From a virus (taxonomy: Duplodnaviria; Caudoviricetes): DNA of 64,000 bases. Below are positions 47,258 to 56,718 of the stretch, in pieces (within the stretch, counting starts at the first letter, position 1; each line of letters starts with the position of its first letter). The stretch covers positions 1,885-65,884 of the IMG/VR virus record IMGVR_UViG_3300024283_000014. One strand, written 5' to 3'. The notes under the pieces were generated by a model. It was not told where the DNA came from. It saw nothing but the letters and a program-made list of their open reading frames with translations, and searched no databases. Both the position numbers and the translations under genes were made by a program.

Positions 47258-47768
47258 TTCTTAATTTCCCTCTAAGCCTGTTCCAGCGTTGTAAAGCCGT
47301 ATTGCGGGTTATTTTAAGTTTCTTCCCAATGGTATTAAAATCTTCGCCTTCGATTACCATTCTAAATAAAGTATGGTCATCGCCATCGAGTATATCAAGA
47401 AACCCAACTACATCAATTCGCGCATCTACGTCAGGCGTTTCAGTTTGCAACGTTTCTTCGAGACTGGTTTCATAAAGTTCCTTTCTTTTTCTAAGAAGTC
47501 TATTGCATTCATTGACAATGATTCGATACACCCAAGTCGAAAATTGACTTTTGCCATTGAATGAATTTGATTTACCAATTACTCGCCAAACAATATCGTT
47601 TATCAGAGGGCCAAATTCACTCCGATAATCAGGTAGTCGCTGCCAACAAATCGTTCTTGCAAATGTCTCAAGTTTTTTAACGAGTTCAAATAAGGCGGCG
47701 TCCTTCTGTTCTCCGGTTGATTCTTGCCATGTTTTAAAAACCGGATTTACATCTAAATCGGTCTGCAT
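47250..47768 (-). CDS. ECF-type RNA polymerase sigma factor
   Basis: Region 2 SFNGKSQFSTWVYRIIVNEC; region 4 HTH EGEDFNTIGKKLKITRNTALQR. Confidence 0.9.
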   Translation of the reverse strand: MQTDLDVNPVFKTWQESTGEQKDAALFELVKKLETFARTICWQRLPDYRSEFGPLINDIVWRVIGKSNSFNGKSQFSTWVYRIIVNECNRLLRKRKELYETSLEETLQTETPDVDARIDVVGFLDILDGDDHTLFRMVIEGEDFNTIGKKLKITRNTALQRWNRLRGKLRNA

Positions 47769-47782
47769 AGGTTTTGTCCAAA

Positions 47783-48331
47783 CTACATATGATCTGTTGC
47801 ACGCAACGGATTTGTCCTTGAACCACAGGCTTCATTCCTTGCGTGTACTTTCCACAATTCGCTTGCTGGGATAATAGTGCCGTCCGATATATCAGGTAAT
47901 CCACTGTCTGAGGATCGTATCCCCCTAGACCCTTCACCAAGTAACGCTTTAATTTTCGGAGCAGGCAAAGCGAGTATTGGCCGAACAACAGGACGCGACG
48001 TAACATTGATTGCTTTAACTCGGATAGGCGTACTCTCATATCCAATTGCCATCGCATGAACTTTGTAATCGGCTTGTCCGGTGAAATCTCTTTGTACACT
48101 AAACAGAGCGTAACGACCAATGCGACCACTGCGAAGCCGAATAAGAATTTCATCGCCAACACAAATATAGCCTCGTGTCTTAATCGTGAAGCATGCATCA
48201 TAGTTGTCTCCATAATCGAAAGAGGCCCAATATTCTCGGGATGGCCGAGTAAAATCAATTGTTTTTATGCTAATCAAGCTAGTTGGCCGTAATGTCAACA
48301 GGTTTTTCAACAGTTTGAGTTTCTTCCACAT
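47783..48331 (-). CDS. hypothetical protein
   Basis: 182 aa; preferred over the overlapping frame 47734-48258. Confidence 0.5.
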   Translation of the reverse strand: MWKKLKLLKNLLTLRPTSLISIKTIDFTRPSREYWASFDYGDNYDACFTIKTRGYICVGDEILIRLRSGRIGRYALFSVQRDFTGQADYKVHAMAIGYESTPIRVKAINVTSRPVVRPILALPAPKIKALLGEGSRGIRSSDSGLPDISDGTIIPASELWKVHARNEACGSRTNPLRATDHM

Positions 48332-48535
48332 TGATTACGTCTCCTACGTCCCCATTTCGGGTTGAAAGTTCTTCGTAAAAGCAATCCATGCAACATGGAT
48401 AGATAAAGCGATCACTTCGTACCATAATGGGATAAATGAACCCATGTCCGGCATTGCAATACCATTGGCTACTTCGCCCTTGGATATATCGAACAGAATT
48501 AGCTCCCGGAATTGCTTTAGAGCTGTTCGTCAATG
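48279..48535 (-). CDS. small Cys/His-containing protein
   Basis: 3' part of track ORF 48279-48680 (WYCNAGH...CCMDC); start approximate. Confidence 0.45.
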
Positions 48536-48963
48536 ACGAGTTCTTCGTCGTTGATTGGTGGAACGGGTTGTCCACCACCCCAACCACCTTGGACGACGTT
48601 GTATTGCATGATTGGGTTTGCTCCGGGTATTCCCGCAACCGCAGGGGCATGTCCTCTTGGCTGATTAGCTCTTGGGGCATTTTGTCCTCCTCCTAAAAAT
48701 ACACCATTACCAATCGGCAATGGGTGTCCAAAAATCTTTCTCAAAGCCTGTCTATATTGGCTTTTTCCTTTGCGTAAATTTCGACGCTCTCTGCCTACCC
48801 AGAGTTTAAATCTATTACTTGGTGGTATTGTTTTAAACGCTCGAACTGCATCCTGTATAGTTCGCACAGGCATACCAGATAATTGCATTAGTGTGTTTTT
48901 AGCTTTTTGGCCTTTTTCAATCGACAATCCATTCAGCAAAAGAATTCGCACATGCGATGGCAT
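48517..48963 (-). CDS. hypothetical protein with basic N-domain and low-complexity acidic tail
   Basis: GGAGG RBS; directly downstream of the ATP-grasp gene. Confidence 0.65.
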   Translation of the reverse strand: MPSHVRILLLNGLSIEKGQKAKNTLMQLSGMPVRTIQDAVRAFKTIPPSNRFKLWVGRERRNLRKGKSQYRQALRKIFGHPLPIGNGVFLGGGQNAPRANQPRGHAPAVAGIPGANPIMQYNVVQGGWGGGQPVPPINDEELVIDEQL

Positions 48964-48974
48964 TGATTTCCTCC

Positions 48975-49760
48975 CTAGGCTAAATAGCCTACAGACAATA
49001 CTTGTTGTTTCTTTGGAAGAGAATTTAATTTGCCGTCTTTGAACCCATTTTTAGCCCAACGTTCAATGCAGCTAACCAACGAAGCCATTCCTTGACGAGG
49101 TTGACCTTGTGTTCCGGGAGCCGTATTGACTTCAAGGACGTAATATTGCCCATTTGTACTCAATAATATATCTACTGCTCCAAAATCGAGTTTCAAAGCG
49201 GCAACAGCTTGAATTGCAATTTTCTTCAATTCATCATCAACATCATCTGGTGTGATAAATTGATAAGCATAACCATTTGCCCAATTCCATACATCTCGAT
49301 TCCGGCCTCGTCTTCCAAGCCTGTTTGCATAGGTTAAAACTTTCTCGTAGGTTGCAAGAGTTTTATCCCGAAAGGCCCAAACCCGATATTCATTTTGCTT
49401 CGGCACCAGTTGCGTGTAGTAATCACTTAATCTATCCCCTCGCAACAAAGGACGAACTCGATAAGCAATAATATCTCGCCCACGAGTGTGATGAAATTGC
49501 CGTCCAAAGATCGGCGGATTCAATTCAGCTGCGCTTCTTGAAAATGGAATTGTCGGAACCCCGGCGTCAGCGAGTTTTACTAACTCCTGATATTTATCTT
49601 GATTTCCGGCATTCGCATTAAGTGTAGGCAAGTTTTCTTCTCGACTATGATACCCGTAGTTAACAATGCCTTGTGGATTGTGGCTCAACAAACCTTTTTC
49701 TTCCAACATTTGCTGAAGTAATCTTCCAGTTGGCCCGCTATTTGCCCTTAGTCTTAGCAT
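48975..49760 (-). CDS. ATP-grasp ligase (RimK/phiEco32-like)
   Basis: EYRVWAF, LDFGAVDIL, YVLEVNTAPG; ATG at 49760 with AAGGA RBS. Confidence 0.9.
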   Translation of the reverse strand: MLRLRANSGPTGRLLQQMLEEKGLLSHNPQGIVNYGYHSREENLPTLNANAGNQDKYQELVKLADAGVPTIPFSRSAAELNPPIFGRQFHHTRGRDIIAYRVRPLLRGDRLSDYYTQLVPKQNEYRVWAFRDKTLATYEKVLTYANRLGRRGRNRDVWNWANGYAYQFITPDDVDDELKKIAIQAVAALKLDFGAVDILLSTNGQYYVLEVNTAPGTQGQPRQGMASLVSCIERWAKNGFKDGKLNSLPKKQQVLSVGYLA

Positions 49761-50751
49761 TGGTTCCTTTCGCATCAACAAGCAACAATGGTGATTTGCA
49801 GGATGCACAGGTGAATTTTTTCAAGTCTTTGAGTTGCGCCTGTGTGACATTAAGATAGAGGCCACAACCAGGGCACTCTACTAAATCCACAGGACGATCA
49901 TCATAGAAGCGCACACGACTTCCATGATATTGAGAATGGCAAGTATAATTAACAGGTTGGAAGTTATATGTAATCTTCATCTTTTGGTGCCATTCCAACC
50001 AATCATCTTCTCGGCTTTTAACCCCGTTGCGTGGCTTACTTCCAAGACACCACGCTGAATGATCTTCCATTGTAATCATGCAATAATCATTCGGTGTCAT
50101 GTCTCGCATCAAAATGCCCCAAGCGAATTTAAAAGGGCGAAGTGCTTTGTAAATTGGCCCCGTTTCGCTTGAAAAATACAAATGATGTTTTGTCGCGGCA
50201 AGTTCAATCGGGTTTCCACTTCGTCCCAAAAGCAGCTTACCGGGATATTTTGTACTGATTGCAGCAAAAGCCGCATTGCCGCTGCATTTTTCAAGCAATT
50301 CTACCGCCTTTGGAGTAAGTCCATTAGCATCAAGAATCGCCCTGAGAATATCGCTGTCTGTTTCTGCGCTTCTTTCTAACTTGAATTGAGTGAACAATTG
50401 TGCATCATTGTGAATGACTCCATTGTGGATAACCGCAGTAACATCTTTCCACATTGGGTGATTGTTGCGATTATCTCTTGGAGTGCCCTGAGTAGCCTTT
50501 CGGGTATGGCCAAGAACAGTCAATGTTTTATCATTGAAATGTTTGTCCATAAACGTTTTGTAAATATTGCTTCCAATAAATTCAAAAGGCGGAACGTCGT
50601 TTTTGCAAACCTCAATCGTTCCATCTTCTTGTTGGAGAGCTACTCCTGTAGCATCTATGCCTCGATTTTGATTATTTAAAATCAAAAGATCGACCGCACT
50701 ACGTTCAATTGGTTCGTTGGTGAAACGGCGAATGCCGCATATTCCACACAT
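49738..50751 (-). CDS. class II (Ntn) glutamine amidotransferase with C-terminal zinc ribbon
   Basis: MCGICG, RGIDATG, GHTRKAT, NNHP, HNG, TDSD; C-terminal CPGC...CASC. Confidence 0.92.
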   Translation of the reverse strand: MCGICGIRRFTNEPIERSAVDLLILNNQNRGIDATGVALQQEDGTIEVCKNDVPPFEFIGSNIYKTFMDKHFNDKTLTVLGHTRKATQGTPRDNRNNHPMWKDVTAVIHNGVIHNDAQLFTQFKLERSAETDSDILRAILDANGLTPKAVELLEKCSGNAAFAAISTKYPGKLLLGRSGNPIELAATKHHLYFSSETGPIYKALRPFKFAWGILMRDMTPNDYCMITMEDHSAWCLGSKPRNGVKSREDDWLEWHQKMKITYNFQPVNYTCHSQYHGSRVRFYDDRPVDLVECPGCGLYLNVTQAQLKDLKKFTCASCKSPLLLVDAKGTNAKTKGK

Positions 50752-50765
50752 GATGGTTTCCTTTT

Positions 50766-52322
50766 CTACCTGAGGTGAATAATATCGTGCATATTGCCGA
50801 ACAAATTCAAAGTTCCAAATTCTCGTTTTTTGGGTGTTGGTTTAATGTGCGATTTCCATTGAGAATATGAATCTGCTCTGACATCAGAAATCTTCCAAAA
50901 TGGAAAAATGGTTTCAAGTAACAAGCGGCGACATTCTGTGAAATTCTTGGTTTCTCGGCTTTTAAAATTGGAATAAATACAATTAGCGGAAGAACCAGAA
51001 TATGTTTTTATCAAGTTTCCGTAATTTTTCTTCCAATCAACTGGTAATTTTTTGGCCAACGATTCTGGAATCATAATCCAGTGCCGAGCACCTTCGCGCC
51101 AATCTGCGAAAGAATAAGATTCATCCGCCCGATATTGTACCACGTCCCACAATAATTCCCCTAATCCTTTTGCTCCGCGTGTTTCTGTTCTATTGATAAC
51201 CATCTCGTATCCCGGCGGAGGAACCAAAGGTGCCCAAGTTGGAGTTGGAATACGATCAGAAAGTGGTTTCTGATTCAACAGATATTGAAACATTTCCTCT
51301 ACATCTTCATTTGCCGGTTTAATAGATGTAGGGATAAAGGCGATAGGTATTTTTGATTCCTTAATCTCGCTTGAAATTCCCCAACGAGATTTAAAATCTC
51401 CGCCCATATGACTTGGAATTTTACGAACTACCATCATCAGAGCCAATCTCGCGTCATCATCAACATCTTTGAAATAAGAAAAAATATTCTTAAGTCGTTG
51501 ATGCAAACGTCCCAGATCATTCAACGGCCCGAAAGCATGAAACAATTGTGGACTATGCACAGCCAACTTGCTTAGAGTTAAAATGAGAAACGTCAATTCC
51601 GGGCTGTCTAACCAACTCGGAAATGTCCGATACTCATATCCGTGCATTTGAAGCCTGAAATCACCCGGCATCCCGTAATGCTGATTATGTTGGTCACCTT
51701 GTCTACGACGTGCTATTTCTCTCTGCTGGTAGATATTCAAACGACACAATTCGTCACTTACAACATCTAAAGCAGCAATTTCCATGTTTCGATTAGGTCG
51801 TTTACGTCCGAAGTGAACATGTCCTCCGAGTCCATCTCCAGCTATGAATACTCCTGCTTGCCAATGGCACACAGCAGCATCAGATTTAAGGATGGCTAAC
51901 CATTTCAAAGTAGTCCAGATACTAGCAGTAACATGCAATGCGCTTCGACTTGGATAAGGGCGAATCTCTGTTAATCGCCCGTTGTTATCCATTCCAAAGG
52001 CCAATCCTTGTGCCAAACGCAAATGGTGTGCATCAATACGAACGCCATGCAGCGGATCAGTAAAAATAAATTCAGGATCAGCTCCGATCTTAAAACGATT
52101 TACATATCGTCTTTGAGATGAGAATTCGGCAGGGATAGTTAGCAGTTTTGCAAACCATCTATCCATCCGGGACTCAGGTACATTGTACCCAAAAGGCAAA
52201 ACCTCGTTGAGGTGTTCTAGCCTATAAAGTCCCTGTTGGATAGCCAGTCTCTTAAACGCCTCGTGTTGTTCCTGAAATTTCATTTTAATACACGACCCAA
52301 TTTGATCTTCCGCAATCTGCAC
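50766..52322 (-). CDS. phiEco32-like COOH-NH2 ligase type 2 (paralog 2)
   Basis: IGADPEF, TEIRPYP, GGHVHFG, GYEYRTFPSW. Confidence 0.9.
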   Translation of the reverse strand: MQIAEDQIGSCIKMKFQEQHEAFKRLAIQQGLYRLEHLNEVLPFGYNVPESRMDRWFAKLLTIPAEFSSQRRYVNRFKIGADPEFIFTDPLHGVRIDAHHLRLAQGLAFGMDNNGRLTEIRPYPSRSALHVTASIWTTLKWLAILKSDAAVCHWQAGVFIAGDGLGGHVHFGRKRPNRNMEIAALDVVSDELCRLNIYQQREIARRRQGDQHNQHYGMPGDFRLQMHGYEYRTFPSWLDSPELTFLILTLSKLAVHSPQLFHAFGPLNDLGRLHQRLKNIFSYFKDVDDDARLALMMVVRKIPSHMGGDFKSRWGISSEIKESKIPIAFIPTSIKPANEDVEEMFQYLLNQKPLSDRIPTPTWAPLVPPPGYEMVINRTETRGAKGLGELLWDVVQYRADESYSFADWREGARHWIMIPESLAKKLPVDWKKNYGNLIKTYSGSSANCIYSNFKSRETKNFTECRRLLLETIFPFWKISDVRADSYSQWKSHIKPTPKKREFGTLNLFGNMHDIIHLR

Positions 52323-52992
52323 ATGTTACTTCTTGGTCTCGTTCCAATCTCCATGCAGGCAGAAATGGTTCACCACAATGCGAGCATCTGAATCGCCCAT
52401 TTATAAAGGCTACATATTGTCGTGGTGGAACAATGCTTTTGGGAAGCCTTCTTAAATCAATTATTTCAACGGTCTTGTTTTTCTTAACCAATCCCGGTAC
52501 TTCTTCAGCCCCGGCAGGTACAGCTCGTTGATTTTCATCTTGCAGCATCCTTTCATAAGGAGTATATATTGCGAATTTCCTATCCAATATCATCCATTTG
52601 GGAAATACTTTGCCTGTTACCCAAGGCGCAAAGAAATCGGAACTGGTTGTATGAAATGGATAATAAAAATAACAAACTGCACTGCTTTTTGCGGTAACTT
52701 TTGCATAATTTTTTGGCGTAGAAAGATAACCATATCGAAAAGCCCCGAGTCGATCAAATTCCCACGCTTGAAACAGGCCAGCATGTCGAGGCAAAAGCCA
52801 ACTTAACATCATGGCAATATCCCGATTAGGCTTTCCGAAATAATCAAAAGTTTTACTCTTGTCTATTCCTGTGCCATTGAATAGAATCTTCCATCTTGTA
52901 GGAAATCGCCCCGGAAATGGTTTAACCTTTTCTCGACCGGTTATAACCATCGGAAAACCAGGTTGATTGAACAATCGCCTTAAGTCTTGCAT
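52285..52992 (-). CDS. hypothetical protein with C-terminal zinc ribbon
   Basis: CSHC...CADC. Confidence 0.7.
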   Translation of the reverse strand: MQDLRRLFNQPGFPMVITGREKVKPFPGRFPTRWKILFNGTGIDKSKTFDYFGKPNRDIAMMLSWLLPRHAGLFQAWEFDRLGAFRYGYLSTPKNYAKVTAKSSAVCYFYYPFHTTSSDFFAPWVTGKVFPKWMILDRKFAIYTPYERMLQDENQRAVPAGAEEVPGLVKKNKTVEIIDLRRLPKSIVPPRQYVAFINGRFRCSHCGEPFLPAWRLERDQEVTCADCGRSNWVVY

Positions 52993-52995
52993 ATA

Positions 52996-53304
52996 TCAAT
53001 GACCCCGTTTTTTGCGAGGAGATTGAATCCTTAATCCTCGACTTAACAGCCAAATTGGTCTACCATCCTCTTCGCTCTTGAACGTCGAAATCACCTGGAA
53101 GCCCTTTTTCAAGAAGGCGGCCTTGGCCTTGAGCTGATCCGAATTGACGGTGGCGAGATATTTATGCTTTCGATCAAGATCACGCAAGGAGTCTTGAAAA
53201 TATTGCCATTCGCTTTTGTAATTTTCTTTCTCCCAATCGTTGTCCCCTTCGTAATCATAGGGATGACTCTCCAACTCCGTTAATGCGCAACACCCGAGGC
53301 ACAT
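52996..53304 (-). CDS. GNAT-derived mini-protein (PGCC family)
   Basis: CLGCC...ATVNSDQ...FLKKGFQVISTFKS...GRPIWLL. Confidence 0.6.
   Translation of the reverse strand: MCLGCCALTELESHPYDYEGDNDWEKENYKSEWQYFQDSLRDLDRKHKYLATVNSDQLKAKAAFLKKGFQVISTFKSEEDGRPIWLLSRGLRIQSPRKKRGH
53000..53019 (-). repeat. dispersed motif A copy
   Basis: tgaccccgttttttgcgagg; encodes the last codons PRKKRGH. Confidence 0.9.
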
Positions 53305-53305
53305 T

Positions 53306-54142
53306 TTAGATATCTCCGTCTTGATATTCTGCTGCCCACATTGATTGCCATTGGGCGTGAGTTTCGTTGTGATTCACATTATCCTCGAACATCTGGCATT
53401 GAGAACACCAGATTCGGCCAAGAGATTCTACGCCTGTTGTATCCGGCGAGATGGCTACAGTTGCTCTTCTTCGCATCTTAGCCAGTTGAGCCTCAAGCGA
53501 TATGTAGCGTTCAAGGTCAAATTTCCATCTAATCTCACAAAGCGGAGCCTTGCAAATAGGAACGCCCCATTTTCCCTTGATGTGTCTCGTCCCTTTGCAT
53601 ACAATGCAAGTCGATACCGACAACAGCAGGTTGTAGCACTTAACTAATCGCTCCGGACACCTCGATCCATTGATCGCTTTCGAGTCGTCATTTTGATGGG
53701 CGATTCTTTGTTCCCTGCTATAGGTAGCGAATCTGCAAGCTCGGCATATCCCCATAGTGGCAGATATATCTCGGGTTCCAACCCAATATCTGTATTCGCC
53801 TTCCTCAAGGTTCCCTTTGGGAATAATAAGATTCCTATCTACGTCTCCTTGTTTGCGCCAATCACCCGGTTTCGAGCCTTCAAGAGGGGCATGATCTCGA
53901 TGGAAATACTCCCCGCCTCGAAAAACGCCTTCGAGTTGTTGCTGGCCCAGTATGAAAGTCACATAAACCTGTTTGCCGCAAACTGCACAAGGTCTTTCTA
54001 CCCCCGGCGTCCAATTTCGGGTAGGATTATAACTGCCTCCATTCCTCAACCAACTCTTGATCGGGAACTTAGATAGCTGTGCCCCGGATGGCATATAACG
54101 TTTTACGAACCAAGTTGGAAGGATCACAGTTTCACCATCCAA
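53306..54142 (-). CDS. multi-zinc-finger hypothetical protein
   Basis: Four or more CxxC pairs. Confidence 0.7.
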   Translation of the reverse strand: MDGETVILPTWFVKRYMPSGAQLSKFPIKSWLRNGGSYNPTRNWTPGVERPCAVCGKQVYVTFILGQQQLEGVFRGGEYFHRDHAPLEGSKPGDWRKQGDVDRNLIIPKGNLEEGEYRYWVGTRDISATMGICRACRFATYSREQRIAHQNDDSKAINGSRCPERLVKCYNLLLSVSTCIVCKGTRHIKGKWGVPICKAPLCEIRWKFDLERYISLEAQLAKMRRRATVAISPDTTGVESLGRIWCSQCQMFEDNVNHNETHAQWQSMWAAEYQDGDI

Positions 54143-54594
54143 ATATCCAATTCATGCCCTGTACGAGCATTTGTGAATTTTCTTCCATTCTGCCATCCCG
54201 TTTTAGCCAAAAGATGCCCTTCTGTGGTGTTATCCGCTCTAACCGTAGCCATTGCCAGTGAATAACCTACTTCCTTGGCGACTTTCATTCGGATTTTCAG
54301 GAGGGTTTCGCCTAATCCCATCCGCCTAAACCTCGGTTCAACCTCAACATGATGGAATATCACTACCCCTCGGCATCCGGGCATAGGGAGCATTGCAAAC
54401 TTCCCTATCAGAAAGAATCTGTCTGCGCTGTTAAAACCAGTTAAGATATAATTCCCCGTGTAAGCCTCCCGATGAACTATGACTCGTTCCGCTTTTGTGT
54501 AAACACGGATTACAGGGTCGTCTAACTCTCGTGCCAAGGCTTGCTTTGTTTGTTTTACGAGTTCATCAGACAGCGACATTCCTAAAATCGGCAT
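54124..54594 (-). CDS. GNAT-family N-acetyltransferase
   Basis: VEVEPRFRRMGLG motif A, ATVRADN...LLAKTGW; ATG at 54594 follows the motif A-derived GAGGA RBS. Confidence 0.85.
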   Translation of the reverse strand: MPILGMSLSDELVKQTKQALARELDDPVIRVYTKAERVIVHREAYTGNYILTGFNSADRFFLIGKFAMLPMPGCRGVVIFHHVEVEPRFRRMGLGETLLKIRMKVAKEVGYSLAMATVRADNTTEGHLLAKTGWQNGRKFTNARTGHELDIWMVKL

Positions 54595-54598
54595 AATT

Positions 54599-54619
54599 CC
54601 TCGCCCTAAAACGGGGTAA
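54599..54619 (+). repeat. dispersed motif A copy (7-nt spacer variant)
   Basis: cctcgccctaaaacggggtaa. Confidence 0.8.
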
Positions 54620-54974
54620 ACACTCCATTCCCCTGCCCTTTCGAGCAGGGGATTTTTTCGCAGGAGGGAGCCAAGCTCCACTACGAGAGTTAAATAGCAA
54701 ATTGAGCTTATCGAGCGACTGCACATGAAACGAGGAACGTTACACTCGGAACACATGTAGCATTGCTATCGTGTCGTGGGTGGCCTTAGCCACGCTAGAC
54801 TATTTCGCTCTAGATTCCCTTATTTGATCGAACAAATCCTTTGCGAGCAGATGGAGTTGCCATACATACTCAAGCTTAGGCACAAAACACCGTTTTGCGG
54901 TTCAATCAAGGAAATCTTGATGAGGCGTTCCTCTGCCTCTGTTATTAGACACTCAAAGTGAGTGCCTAATCTCT

Positions 54975-55262
54975 TTACAAATGGCAAGTCAAAATATGCA
55001 CTTTGCCTTGAATTCCTTCGTAAATATCTACGACTTTAAACCCTGCCTCTTTAAGCAAGGCAATGTTCTGAGGATCGACACTGATGGCAAAAATGCAACG
55101 TTTGCCATTGTCAACCATCATCTCATCTCTGTATTGTGGAGATGCTTTGCTTGTACAAAGCCGATTGATTTCGTCGAGTGTTACCTCAGATTCTTCTCCA
55201 TGTTCTCCAAAACTAAAGAGAATAGCTGATGTGCAACAACCGGGCATGTTTTCAATTCTCAT
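54975..55262 (-). CDS. GNAT-derived mini-protein (PGCC family)
   Basis: MPGCC...LLKEAGFKVVDIY. Confidence 0.6.
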   Translation of the reverse strand: MRIENMPGCCTSAILFSFGEHGEESEVTLDEINRLCTSKASPQYRDEMMVDNGKRCIFAISVDPQNIALLKEAGFKVVDIYEGIQGKVHILTCHL

Positions 55263-55627
55263 TGTTTCTCCTCAGGTAATATGAAACTTGGGCTTCCCCA
55301 AAGTTCCATTTTATAATTGCCGTGTGCGCCGGGAAATTTACCCAGCAATTTCCATCCTTTTGAGTTAAGAAAAGATACCACTTTGTCGTAATAAGGCGCA
55401 CTATATCCAGAATCTTTATGCGCAACACTACATAAAGATGCCGTAATATACCGTCCCATGAACGGCCCTTTAGTGCCTTTACCTTGACAAAGCGTATCAA
55501 AGTTTTTGCATCGACTCAATTCATAATCATTGGAGCTTCCAATTTCATAAATAGCTCGTATGAATTGAAGCGAACAACCACCTTGTTCTTCGCCCTCAGC
55601 CACCTGCCTAATCTCTATTGCTTCCAT
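55259..55627 (-). CDS. GNAT-derived mini-protein (PGCC family)
   Basis: GGCS...SFLNSKGWKLLGKFPG...MELWGSP; start 55627. Confidence 0.55.
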   Translation of the reverse strand: MEAIEIRQVAEGEEQGGCSLQFIRAIYEIGSSNDYELSRCKNFDTLCQGKGTKGPFMGRYITASLCSVAHKDSGYSAPYYDKVVSFLNSKGWKLLGKFPGAHGNYKMELWGSPSFILPEEKQ

Positions 55628-55740
55628 CTTCTCCCTCTTGTTTCGGTTTAGGCTCAACAAACATCCGTTCTTCTAACCTGAAAGGAGTATTGCGTTCCGC
55701 AAGGCGTTTAAACACTGCAAGCATGTCAGCGGGTTCCATT

Positions 55741-56082
55741 TTATGCCTCCTCATGCACGATATCTAACAAAGTAGAAATGTAAACCAAGATATCATCCAA
55801 GTCTTCCAATTGTTTTGTTGAAGTTTCGCGCAAGAAGATATCTTGACGAAGTTTTCGATCAATCAAGTCTCGTGCGTCTTCCACTTTCTCAAGAACTTCT
55901 CGAATGACTCGTCTTGGTATTTTCATAAAAAGGGTTTTCCCCTGCTTCGCCGCGTCATCTCTGAAGCGTATGCAAATCTTTGCCTCATTTTCGATTCGCA
56001 CCCTCAACAAAATCTTGTATCTTAGTTTAGATTCCGAGAGACCTAAAACCATATATAAAAGGCTCACGCCTTTTTGTCTCAA
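55741..56082 (-). CDS. hypothetical protein
   Basis: 113 aa helical; start uncertain. Confidence 0.5.
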   Translation of the reverse strand: MRQKGVSLLYMVLGLSESKLRYKILLRVRIENEAKICIRFRDDAAKQGKTLFMKIPRRVIREVLEKVEDARDLIDRKLRQDIFLRETSTKQLEDLDDILVYISTLLDIVHEEA

Positions 56083-56337
56083 TTTAGGGTTATTCTCGAA
56101 AGAATGTTCCTAAACCAAAACGGATAACCGCATTTAACTGCGATTTGGTTTCTGCCTCGTCCCTAGAGGATACAAGTTCCTTTGTCAACTCCTCAAATCA
56201 AAAAAGAAAAACATCTCTAGAAAAAGTTGAATTTCGCTTTCGCACCTTCAACTGGCCCTTGGAGCCAAAATTTCATCGAAATGTTGTAAACAAAGCCCGT
56301 TTCGCTCGGTTGTCGGAGCGAAGCAGGGAAACTTGGT

Positions 56338-56718
56338 CTAACACATAAGTCGGCGTGCTTCTAATTCTCTTTGCCAAGACGCTTTTCCTGCTGATACTGG
56401 TTTATTGTGAATTTTCACCAATACGTCTAAGCATTCCACTCGTCCGCAATATCTTATGAAAGGAAGTTGCCTTGCATTCGGCCACCACACAAATGCAGGT
56501 CGTCCGCAACCTTTGCAACTTTGCATAGGAACCCAACCTCGTCCTTCGCAAAGTTCGCATTTCATGAGCCTGCGGTGTCTGTTGTTAAAATCTTTCTTTG
56601 TTCCTCGACACTGAGGACAAATGGTAATTGGTTTAATTTGCATGTAAATCTTTAACCATTTCTTACACTTGTTAAATGAAGCCAAGATGCATCGACGTTT
56701 CGGCAATGAGAAAGCCAA
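56338..56718 (-). CDS. DnaJ-type zinc-finger-like protein
   Basis: CPQCRGT...CELCEGRG...CKGCG. Confidence 0.65.
   Translation of the reverse strand: MAFSLPKRRCILASFNKCKKWLKIYMQIKPITICPQCRGTKKDFNNRHRRLMKCELCEGRGWVPMQSCKGCGRPAFVWWPNARQLPFIRYCGRVECLDVLVKIHNKPVSAGKASWQRELEARRLMC

Noticed and set aside
47734-48258. Alternative - strand frame overlapping 47783-48331
   Set aside because: It overlaps the sigma start and has weaker start context; the two frames cannot both be supported, so one was chosen at low confidence.
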